In this document: positions 1 through 8,286 of the stretch, in pieces
Layout: each line of letters starts with the position of its first letter
How positions within the stretch are numbered: the first letter of the stretch is position 1
Source of the DNA: an uncultured Dehalococcoidaceae bacterium
Lineage (GTDB): Bacteria > Chloroflexota > Dehalococcoidia > Dehalococcoidales > RBG-16-60-22
DNA: 34,142 bases
Direction: 5' to 3'
Assembly (NCBI GenBank): GCA_964514525.1
Contig: CAZEUJ010000002.1
Coordinates: 1 to 34,142, forward strand
The notes under the pieces: model-generated
What the model was told of the DNA's origin: nothing
The model's input: only the letters and a program-made list of their open reading frames with translations
The model's database searches: none
Translations under genes and position numbers: made by a program

Positions 1-694
1 GGATGATGTCCCCGGCGTCGAGCAGCTTGGCGCCGATGTACTTGGCCTTCTTTTCTTCGCCGGCGCAGAGCAGGTTGTAAAACGGCTCGGTTATCATGTT
101 GTTTATTTTGGAAAGGTTGGACTGGATGGAAGAATCTTTCCTCACGTACCTCTGGTTATCGACGAGGAAGACGGCGTCGGCGATCGAGTAGCTGGACTTG
201 AGACAGGTGGCGACGTTAAACATGGTCCTTTCTTCGGTGGTTTCTTCATGCTCGAAGGGAAGGACGATCAGGTTCCAGATCGGCTTATCGATATAGCGCT
301 CTTTCAGGTGCTGCGTGACGATAGAAATAGCGCCCGACCCGGTGCCGCCCGCCGACCCGGCGATGAGCAGGAAGGCGTCCGTTTCGAAGAACCTCTTGGT
401 GGTACGGATGGCGTCTATGATTTTATCGGCGTCTTCCTTGGCAATCTCGGCGCCGAGCTCGTTGATTTTGCCCACGCCGTGGCCGCCCGTCTTGCGGCTC
501 CCGATGAGGATTCTGTGGCGGTGGTCGTTACTGATGCTCGTTAACCCGCTCAGGTCGGCGGCATCCGTATTGACCGCAAAGCAGCCGGTAACAATAGTCA
601 TGCCCCGCCGCCCCTTGGCTCGACTGTTCAACCGGGAGAACTCGTCGGCGATTCTGCCGCCGCATTGACCCAGACCGACAACTACTAATTTCAT
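1..694 (-). CDS. Tubulin/FtsZ-superfamily GTPase, CetZ/tubulin-like paralog A (N-terminal 231 codons; the 3' end runs off the window)
   Basis: Missing from the ORF track because no stop codon lies in the window. Minus-strand ATG at 694-692, preceded by GAGGTG. My translation reads MKLVVVGLGQCGGRIADEFSRLN...TGGHGVGKINELGAEIA...LIAGSAGGTGSGAI...LVDNQRYV...LLCAGEEKK. It aligns without gaps to the N-terminus of the 3878-5050 protein (about 70-75% identity by eye). The tubulin signature [SAG]GGTG[SA]G is present. Confidence 0.85.
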   Translation of the reverse strand, partial: MKLVVVGLGQCGGRIADEFSRLNSRAKGRRGMTIVTGCFAVNTDAADLSGLTSISNDHRHRILIGSRKTGGHGVGKINELGAEIAKEDADKIIDAIRTTKRFFETDAFLLIAGSAGGTGSGAISIVTQHLKERYIDKPIWNLIVLPFEHEETTEERTMFNVATCLKSSYSIADAVFLVDNQRYVRKDSSIQSNLSKINNMITEPFYNLLCAGEEKKAKYIGAKLLDAGDII

Positions 695-731
695 CTTACA
701 CCTCGATTTTCTGAATTATGGCCTATTGCTA

Positions 732-760
732 TTTTTAACATAATAAATCTGTCATGTCAA
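732..760 (-). promoter_or_regulatory. Sigma70-like promoter for paralog A
   Basis: Minus strand reads TTGACA (760-755), 17-nt spacer, TAAAAA (737-732) with a TGn extension. It lies about 40 nt upstream of the ATG at 694. Confidence 0.55.
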
Positions 761-869
761 TCTTTAGTTCTGTGACTTTTGTAATGCTTTTTGGTACTAT
801 TCACTTCTTTACCTTCAATCATGTAATACAAAGCCAAATAATATTTTGTGTAAAAAGCAGGTTTGTTTA

Positions 870-898
870 TTGAAAAACTCAGGATTGGATAATATAAT
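870..898 (+). promoter_or_regulatory. Sigma70-like promoter for the 741-aa repeat protein gene
   Basis: TTGAAA (870-875), 17-nt spacer, TATAAT (893-898). AGGAAGG RBS at 931-937, ATG at 946. Confidence 0.6.
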
Positions 899-945
899 AT
901 GTAGGCTATACATGATAAAATACCCCTTCTAGGAAGGTTGGGCTG

Positions 946-3171
946 ATGTCTCCTGATATAAAACAAGACGTAGAAGGCAATATCGACGACTTTCAGAAGG
1001 CGGTGGCCAGGGCTGAGGCGCTGAGTCGGGCAGCCCGGCAGGCGGCCGGTATCTCGACGAAGACCGCCATGGAAATGGCCGCCCGGGCGGAGCAGATAGG
1101 CAAGGAAGCCAGAGAAGCCGCCGAGGCCGCCGCCAAAGCCGCCCAGGAAGCCGTCAGCCGCGCTGAGAAAATCAGCCGCGAGACCAGGGAATCTGCCGAA
1201 GCCGCTATTAAAGCCGCTCAGGAAGCTATCGGCCGGGCGGAAGAGATTGCCAGTAGGCCTAAAGAGACCACAAAAGCGATGACCAGGGCATTCGAGGAAG
1301 CCATCGCTCGGGCGGAAAAGACCAGCGTCGAGGCAATGCACGCCGCGGAGTCGGCGCTGATGTTATCTCAGGAAGGCCTTACCCGTATCGACGGCTTAAG
1401 CCGTGAGGCTAAAAAAACGGCGGAATCTGCCAGAGACGCCTCGGAAGAAGCAGTCACCATGGCCGAGACGACGGTCAAGACGGCCAGGGAAGCCGCGGAA
1501 GAGGCAATCAGAATTGCCAGGGATGCCGCCATAAAGGCTGACCGTTTGGCGCGGGAAGCCAAGGATGCCGCCGATGCCGCTACCAGGACCACCAGGGACA
1601 CGGTGCTCCGGGCGGAGAAAGCGAGTAAATCGACTAGGGAAGCGGCGGACATCTCTGCCAAAGCGGCGGAAGAAGCGGCTGCCCGCGCGGAAACAATCAG
1701 CAAGGTCGCCCGGGAGGTCGCCGAAGCCGCCCAGAGGTCCTCGCAGGAAACCCTGAACAAAATTGACGTAAGCAACCGGGAAGCCAGGCAGGTAACTGAC
1801 GCCCTGCAAAAAGCCTCCCAGGAAACGATGCGTCGGGCTGAAGAGATCGTCCAAGAGACCAAGGCGATAACCGAAGCCGCCATAAAACTGTCTAAGGAAG
1901 CTTCGGCGGCGTCCGTCAAAGCCTCCCACGAAGCCACCGCCAGGGCGGAGACTATCGGTAAGGAAGCCAAAGCCAGCGCGACGTTAGCCGCCGCAGAATT
2001 TAAGGAGGCGGTCGCCAGGGTCGAGCAGATAACCCGGGAAACCCGGGAAATCGCCGAGACTACTCTCAAGGACATTCAGTCAGCGATAGACCAGGCGATG
2101 GAAGAAGGAAAGAAGGTTATGGCTGTAGCCGAAGCATCCGCCCAGGCAGCCCGGAAGTCAGCCGAGACGTCTGCCAGGCAAGCCCAGGAAGCTGCCAGGC
2201 AATCAGTCGAGCAATCGAAGGAAGCCATTACCCGGGCCGAGGTTATCGGTAAAGAGACCACAGGGATGGTCGAGGCATCATCCACCGAGTTCCGCGAAAC
2301 CGTCGCCAGGATGGAAGAGGTAGCTCACGCGGCTAAAGAAGCTACTGAAGCGTCGGCCAAAGCGGCGCAGGATGCGGTTGAGGCATCCATAAAGCAATCC
2401 GAGGAGGCGGTAGCTAAAGCCGAGGAATTGAACCGTTCCGCCAGGGAGACGGCTGAGGAGTCTTTAAAAACCATCAAAGAAGCCATAGGGACCGCCACGA
2501 ACAGCGCCAGAGAGGCTGCCGAGGTTTCGCAGAAGGAAATCCAAGCAGCTATCACCCGCGCGGAGCAGGTCAGCCGCGAGACCAAGGAAGCCGCTCAGGC
2601 CGCGGTGAAGACCGCCCGCGAGGTAACGGGGACTCTCATTAAAGCCGCCCGGGAATCGGCGGAGAGGACGGTCAGAGCGGTCAAGGAAGCGACGGAAGCC
2701 TCGGCCAGAGTTGCCCGGGAGGCGGCCGGAGTTTCCATTACCGCTTTCAGAGAAGCCATCAGCCGCGCCGAGGCCACCGGCCAGGTCGCCCGGGAGACTG
2801 CCGAAGCATCTTTAAAGGCTTACCAGGCCACTCTCCACGAGGGGCGGATCGCCGGGGAAGATGAAGAGCCCGAAGAAGTGACCGAAGTTGAAAAACCGGG
2901 AATCGCTGAAGAACCGCGGAGTAAGGCGGTCGTCGGCTCCGAGGAAGAAGAGGACGATTCTTACCAGCCTACGGAAGCCGCCATCGAGACGATGAAACAG
3001 GCTATGGAAAAGGCAGGCAGTGCCGGCCAGGACGCCAGGGGAATCAATAAGGACACTAAAGGTAAAATGGAATCCCGCCTGGAGTCTTTAGCCAGGATGT
3101 ATGAGACGAAACGGAACGAGCAGGCGAAAAAGGGTCCCGGCGATGAGAACGCCGGTAAGGATAAGGATTGA
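946..3171 (+). CDS. Ala/Glu-rich alpha-helical tandem-repeat protein (741 aa) with an acidic and then Lys-rich C-terminal tail; function unknown
   Basis: Long ORF with an RBS and its own promoter. There is a strong 25-residue periodicity (consensus roughly EA[IV]xRAExI[SG]xExxExAExAxKAAQ). No TM segment or signal peptide is visible. The C-terminus reads GEDEEPEEVTEVEKPG...SEEEEDDSY...KKGPGDENAGKDKD. Confidence 0.85.
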   Translation: MSPDIKQDVEGNIDDFQKAVARAEALSRAARQAAGISTKTAMEMAARAEQIGKEAREAAEAAAKAAQEAVSRAEKISRETRESAEAAIKAAQEAIGRAEEIASRPKETTKAMTRAFEEAIARAEKTSVEAMHAAESALMLSQEGLTRIDGLSREAKKTAESARDASEEAVTMAETTVKTAREAAEEAIRIARDAAIKADRLAREAKDAADAATRTTRDTVLRAEKASKSTREAADISAKAAEEAAARAETISKVAREVAEAAQRSSQETLNKIDVSNREARQVTDALQKASQETMRRAEEIVQETKAITEAAIKLSKEASAASVKASHEATARAETIGKEAKASATLAAAEFKEAVARVEQITRETREIAETTLKDIQSAIDQAMEEGKKVMAVAEASAQAARKSAETSARQAQEAARQSVEQSKEAITRAEVIGKETTGMVEASSTEFRETVARMEEVAHAAKEATEASAKAAQDAVEASIKQSEEAVAKAEELNRSARETAEESLKTIKEAIGTATNSAREAAEVSQKEIQAAITRAEQVSRETKEAAQAAVKTAREVTGTLIKAARESAERTVRAVKEATEASARVAREAAGVSITAFREAISRAEATGQVARETAEASLKAYQATLHEGRIAGEDEEPEEVTEVEKPGIAEEPRSKAVVGSEEEEDDSYQPTEAAIETMKQAMEKAGSAGQDARGINKDTKGKMESRLESLARMYETKRNEQAKKGPGDENAGKDKD
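994..2845 (+). repeat. In-frame tandem repeat region with a 75-nt (25-codon) unit, about 24 units including 11- and 22-codon variants
   Basis: Manual parsing of the translation gives runs of exact 25-residue units anchored on RAE, for example EAVSRAEKISRETRESAEAAIKAAQ / EAIGRAEEIASRPKETTKAMTRAFE / EAIARAEKTSVEAMHAAESALMLSQ. Confidence 0.8.
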
Positions 3172-3204
3172 CCCGGATTAGCCTTGAAAATGGGTGAAAA
3201 TTGT

Positions 3205-3233
3205 TTGACTTTTTATCGGGTGCGCCATATACT
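3205..3233 (+). promoter_or_regulatory. Sigma70-like promoter for the 162-aa repeat protein gene
   Basis: TTGACT (3205-3210), 17-nt spacer, TATACT (3228-3233). AGGAGG RBS at about 3292-3297, GTG start at 3304. Confidence 0.6.
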
Positions 3234-3303
3234 TGGCATTAAGTGTGTTACGTTCAGAAAATAAATAATTAAAGCTAATAAGATTTATTAAAGGAGGTGC
3301 CTG

Positions 3304-3792
3304 GTGCCTAGCCAGAAAGAACGACCCAAAAAGCCAGAAATTAAAGAAGAAGCTCCCCCTGCGGGGGCTGAGACTGCCGGGGAGCGACCCAAGAGCGCGC
3401 TTGACGAAGTCATGAGCCAGGCCGAGAGGGCTTATGCCGCCTATATGGACGCCGAGCGTCAGGTCGCCAAGGCTTACCATGAGAATGAGATGCAGGTAGC
3501 CAAAGCCTATAAGCGGGCAGAAGCGCAGTCGCACCGGGCTTACGAGGCCACCGTGGCGCAGGCGATGAAAGACCGCGAGCAGGCGTTGGCTAAAGCCGCC
3601 AAGACCCGCGAGGATTTGATGCGGCGCGCCGAGGAGGCCTACCAGGCCGCCGTTCAAGCGGCTTCTAACGCCTGTGATGTGGCTATTGCTGAGGCTACCA
3701 GGGTCCGCGACGAACATGTCGAGAAAGCCTGGAAAGTTCGCGACGAGACCATCGAGCAGGCCTGGCAAATCTATTCCAAGATAGCCAGATAA
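3304..3792 (+). CDS. Small helical protein with a basic/Pro-rich N-terminus followed by eleven 11-residue (hendecad) repeats; function unknown
   Basis: GTG start with a strong AGGAGG RBS. Residues 41-161 parse exactly into 11 x 11 residues: ERAYAAYMDAE RQVAKAYHENE MQVAKAYKRAE AQSHRAYEATV ... EKAWKVRDETI EQAWQIYSKIA. Confidence 0.8.
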   Translation: MPSQKERPKKPEIKEEAPPAGAETAGERPKSALDEVMSQAERAYAAYMDAERQVAKAYHENEMQVAKAYKRAEAQSHRAYEATVAQAMKDREQALAKAAKTREDLMRRAEEAYQAAVQAASNACDVAIAEATRVRDEHVEKAWKVRDETIEQAWQIYSKIAR

Positions 3793-3877
3793 AGCTTTAA
3801 CTCATAGACGGGCTGACTGGTGGAATTATCAACCACTGGCTTCTAACGAATATGGGTTTTTAAACTGAATAACCGGA

Positions 3878-5050
3878 CTAAAGCAGCGAGGGAATGTCCT
3901 TTATCGTGATATCAATCCCTCGCTGCGTGCTTACCAGGCCTTCCTGGCGCTTCTTCAGTTCGGCGATGAGATTGATCGCTTTGGTGAAATAGCCCCTTAC
4001 CTTTTCCACGTCGCTCATTTCGGAGAGTATGACGGTGACATCCAGATTGCCTTTCTCCCTGGGGTAATCGCCGCTCCTGATGATCGCTTCCGGGGCTATA
4101 TTTTTTATGTAGGTACCCAGCTCTTTAATCAGGTCGACGTTGATTTCATCGGCCGGAGCGGACACGAGGTACAGGGCCCTCTTGGAGTCCAGCGGATTGC
4201 ATTTGATGGATAGCCCGCTGATGGCCTCATCGAGCGCGCGGGTGCCCTTTTGCGTTTCCGTGGCTTTGTCCCGGAAGTTGCGCGTCCGCATGAAGGTCTT
4301 AAAAATCGAGGTCTGTGACCGTCCGTAGCCCAGGGTCGTCCAGCCCACCAGTGTCTGGATGATGTCGCCGGCATCGAGTATCTTGGCGCCGATGAACCGC
4401 GACTTTTTTTCTTCGCCGGCGCAGAGCAGGTTGAAAAACGGTTGTACGATGGTGGTATTTATCTTGGCCAGATTGTGCGTGAGTGACGAGTCTTTCATCA
4501 CGTATCTCTGGTTATCGACGAGGAATATGGCGTCCGCCACCAGGTAGCTGGATTTGAGGCAGGTAGCCACGTTGTAAACGGTCCTGTCCTCGGTCAATAC
4601 CTCGTGCTCGAAAGGCAGGACTATCAGGTTATAGACCGGCCGGTCGACGTAGCGTTCCTTGATTTGCTGCGTCATTACCGGTATTGCCCCGGAGCCTGTG
4701 CCGCCGCCGGCGCTGGCGATAAGTAGAAAGGCGTCCGTTTCTGCGAAGTTTTCGGTGTTTCTTATCGTGTCGATGACCATGTCGGCGTCTTCGTGGGCTA
4801 TCTCGGCGCCGAGCTCGTTGATTTTCCCCACGCCGTGGCCGCCGGTCTTTTTCTTGCCGATGACGATACGCTGGCTGAAATCGGGCTTGATGGTGTGCAG
4901 GCCGCTCAGGTCGGCGAGGTCGGTATTGACCGCATAGGCGCCGGGGACGATATTGAGTCCGCGCAGGCCGCGGGCCCTTTTATTCAGGCGGGCGAACTCA
5001 TCGGCGATTCTGCCGCCGCATTGCCCGAAGCCGACAACTACTAGCTTCAT
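3878..5050 (-). CDS. Tubulin/FtsZ-superfamily GTPase, CetZ/tubulin-like paralog B (full length, 390 aa)
   Basis: N-terminal MKLVVVGFGQCGGRIADEF (T1 loop GQCGG, as in tubulin GQCGN). Also GGHGVGKINELGAEIA, ASAGGGTGSGAI (tubulin-type GGGTGSG rather than FtsZ GGGTGTG), LVDNQRYV, LLCAGEE and a C-terminal GDYP motif. From memory these resemble archaeal CetZ. GAGGGTG RBS. Confidence 0.88.
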   Translation of the reverse strand: MKLVVVGFGQCGGRIADEFARLNKRARGLRGLNIVPGAYAVNTDLADLSGLHTIKPDFSQRIVIGKKKTGGHGVGKINELGAEIAHEDADMVIDTIRNTENFAETDAFLLIASAGGGTGSGAIPVMTQQIKERYVDRPVYNLIVLPFEHEVLTEDRTVYNVATCLKSSYLVADAIFLVDNQRYVMKDSSLTHNLAKINTTIVQPFFNLLCAGEEKKSRFIGAKILDAGDIIQTLVGWTTLGYGRSQTSIFKTFMRTRNFRDKATETQKGTRALDEAISGLSIKCNPLDSKRALYLVSAPADEINVDLIKELGTYIKNIAPEAIIRSGDYPREKGNLDVTVILSEMSDVEKVRGYFTKAINLIAELKKRQEGLVSTQRGIDITIKDIPSLL

Positions 5051-5076
5051 TCTTCACCCTCTCAGGTAGTCTCCCC

Positions 5077-5105
5077 ATTTTACGCAATTCCGCAACATGT
5101 GTCAA
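5077..5105 (-). promoter_or_regulatory. Sigma70-like promoter for paralog B
   Basis: Minus strand reads TTGACA (5105-5100), 17-nt spacer, TAAAAT (5082-5077), about 27 nt upstream of the ATG at 5050. Confidence 0.65.
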
Positions 5106-5185
5106 TCGGTGCTTATAAAAAGGTCGTATTAGAATTTCGTCTTTGCCGCATGGGACTTTCGTCATGTCCCTCCGTGACTTTTTCT

Positions 5186-6217
<1,032 letters not shown>

Positions 6218-6242
6218 TTAATTTAATTAATTGTCATTCCGG

Positions 6243-7274
6243 CTAAAGCCGGAATCCAGGAGCGGGGATGGGTGTTTTTCCTGTCCTTCTCCTCCTCTCT
6301 ATCATATCCAGAAAAGCCTCGATGCGCGTCTTGATATGCGTGTTTAGAAAAAAGTCGGCGTTACCCTCGAGCGTCAGCATTGGCAAATCTATAGCGTCCC
6401 TGAAAACGATGTCCCCGATGCCGCGGTGGCAGAACGCCTGCACGTAATGAATCACCCCGTCGATATGCCTTCGCTGGATTTCGGCTTTGATGTCTTTAAT
6501 GCGCTCTTGGATTGAATATGGATAGGTATAGTTGCTGTACTGCTCGGCTAGAGTTTCTCCCGGTTCCGGCATGGCGAACTGCCGCTGGACCTCGTTAAAG
6601 ACCACGCGCGCCCCCTGTTTTTCGATGAAAGGGTACAACTCTTTAGCGTATACCGCCGGCACGCCGATATACCCCAGTCTGGTTTCACCATCGGGGTAGG
6701 GCTGTCGTTGAGAGCAGATATCCAGCAATCCCTGTACGTCCTGCCGGTATTTTTGATAATCTCCGTTAAAATCGGAAGCTGAAACAAGCCAGAGGTGGTT
6801 CTCCCCGCCGCTGACTTTATTTTCTTTCCAGGTAAGCTCGTCCAGTCTCAGAACGAGGTCGCGGACAGGTTGCAATTCCATCCTGGTCTTTTCGGCGACC
6901 TTAAGCGTGGTGCCGAGCCTGGCTGCCAGCTTTTCTAGGGCGTAGTCCATCTGTTCTTTATCTGGCCTGTCCGGGTAGGCGAAAGCCATCGCGTTAAGCC
7001 CCTTGAGCTTTAGGGTTTCCCGGAGCATGATGGTGTTGGAGCAGTCGCCGCTGGTAACGCAAAGGACGTCTTCGATGCCCTGGTCGAGGCAGACGCCGTA
7101 GATGCCCTTGATCCAGCTGCAGCAGTTGAGGGGAAAGCCGGCCCTCTCGGCGATGGTGATGAGCCGTCCCGGGTCGGGGTCGTTGACGAGGACATTGTTG
7201 AGGTCGACCGGCCGGTATCCGGCGGCTATCAGGATTTCCACCGGGACGGTGGTGGTAATGCCGATTCTCTTCAT
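6243..7274 (-). CDS. 2-hydroxyacyl-CoA dehydratase family (HGD-D-like) protein
   Basis: Overall resemblance to HgdB/BcrD-type subunits: N-terminal IGITTTVPVEI, conserved Cys residues (GDCSN, FCHRG) and a C-terminal LEGNADF-type segment. Called from memory of the family. Confidence 0.65.
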   Translation of the reverse strand: MKRIGITTTVPVEILIAAGYRPVDLNNVLVNDPDPGRLITIAERAGFPLNCCSWIKGIYGVCLDQGIEDVLCVTSGDCSNTIMLRETLKLKGLNAMAFAYPDRPDKEQMDYALEKLAARLGTTLKVAEKTRMELQPVRDLVLRLDELTWKENKVSGGENHLWLVSASDFNGDYQKYRQDVQGLLDICSQRQPYPDGETRLGYIGVPAVYAKELYPFIEKQGARVVFNEVQRQFAMPEPGETLAEQYSNYTYPYSIQERIKDIKAEIQRRHIDGVIHYVQAFCHRGIGDIVFRDAIDLPMLTLEGNADFFLNTHIKTRIEAFLDMIERRRRTGKTPIPAPGFRL

Positions 7275-7286
7275 TGATTAATTATA

Positions 7287-8279
7287 TCACTTCTGTCCGT
7301 AGTAGATGATGCCCTTGCGCGGCAGCTTGTCGATGCGGTTTTCGGCGGCCATCATTTCCAGGTGGGCGAGCGTCTCGAAGATGGCCATCCTCTGGTGGAA
7401 AGCTGGCAGGTCCGCCCAGCCGTTATGGTCGCCCCAGGTTATTTTTTGCGCTATTTCGTAGGGCGTTCTGGTCCTGAACCCTATCGCCTCCAGTATTTCC
7501 ATGTTGCGTTGGCTGTGGTGCCGTATTATCTCGTCGATGCGCGGCACAAGCCCGGTGAAGGGCTTGTCGTGGCCGGGCAGCGTCAACTTGATATCCAGTT
7601 GTCTTATCTCCTGGAGTGACTTTATATACCGGCCGAGGGGATTTTCTATGGACTGCGGATTAACGCTGATATTCGGCGTGATTTTCGGCAGGATATGGTC
7701 GCCCGAGAGCAGTATTTTCTGTTCGGGCTCGTAGAGACAGATATGCCCCGAAGAATGTCCCGGCGTCCAGATTACCCGGAACGTGAATTTGCCGGTGGTG
7801 ATGGTATCGCCGTCGCGGAGTGTGATGTCCGGCAGGGTGGGGACGATGTATTGCTCCAGCCCCACGGTGGCGTCTCTGAGTTTATCGGCGAAATCGCGCG
7901 GCACCCCGCTGCTGATAAGCAGGCGGTCGGTCTGGTGCAGGAGTTCCTCCATGGAGATATATCTCGGCTCGATGAAGCCTTTTTCGATGTGGTGCATGGC
8001 GATGCTCGCCCCGGAGAGCTTTTTTATCCGCCCCGCCATGCCGTAATGATCGGGATGTACATGCGTGACCACAATCTGTGAAATTTCCTCGAAGCTTACC
8101 CCGATTTTCACCAGGTAATTATGCAGGGTGGTAAACGATTTGTCCGTGTTCCAGCCGGAATCGACCAGTAAAAAGCCCTTATCTCCCTCTATGAGGTAGA
8201 CGTTGATATGGGATAGCGTCGTTTGCTCGAGGGATATTGGCGACTTAATCCAGTGTATGCCGGGTAATATTTCAGGCAT
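7287..8279 (-). CDS. MBL-fold metallo-hydrolase
   Basis: HVHPDHYG (HxHxDH) zinc motif, followed by TPGHSSGH and LPGHD motifs. Confidence 0.88.
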   Translation of the reverse strand: MPEILPGIHWIKSPISLEQTTLSHINVYLIEGDKGFLLVDSGWNTDKSFTTLHNYLVKIGVSFEEISQIVVTHVHPDHYGMAGRIKKLSGASIAMHHIEKGFIEPRYISMEELLHQTDRLLISSGVPRDFADKLRDATVGLEQYIVPTLPDITLRDGDTITTGKFTFRVIWTPGHSSGHICLYEPEQKILLSGDHILPKITPNISVNPQSIENPLGRYIKSLQEIRQLDIKLTLPGHDKPFTGLVPRIDEIIRHHSQRNMEILEAIGFRTRTPYEIAQKITWGDHNGWADLPAFHQRMAIFETLAHLEMMAAENRIDKLPRKGIIYYGQK

Positions 8280-8286
8280 TTTTTTC

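Noticed and set aside
248-668. Plus-strand ORFs 248-544 and 315-668
   Set aside because: They are antisense to the truncated tubulin-like CDS, whose minus-strand translation carries unmistakable family motifs. The plus-strand products are Arg/Pro/Ala-rich nonsense. The same applies to 4129-4374, 4140-4328, 4359-4547, 4659-4937 and 4793-5044 within paralog B.
757-2777. Many long minus-strand ORFs (757-1341, 1368-2075, 1396-1929, 2076-2285, 2325-2585, 2595-2777) plus a short plus-strand ORF (1565-1756) inside the 741-aa repeat-protein gene
   Set aside because: These are shadow ORFs. The plus-strand frame is full of GCC/GAA/GCG codons, and the complements of these codons rarely form stops. The translations are low-complexity (Ser/Ala/Leu or Gly/Arg/Phe runs), have no RBS, and lack the clean 25-residue periodicity of the plus-strand frame.
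3793-3877. Search for a bidirectional terminator between the convergent 162-aa gene and paralog B
   Set aside because: Only a weak 7-bp hairpin with two G-U pairs (about 3815-3840) was found, with no U-tract on either strand. This is not supportable.
3878-5050. Calling the tubulin-superfamily genes ftsZ
   Set aside because: The T4 loop is GGGTGSG (tubulin/CetZ type) and not GGGTGTG. There is no NxDFAD T7 motif. There are no ftsA/ftsQ/mur neighbours, and there are two diverged copies. I therefore left the gene symbol blank and called the family only.
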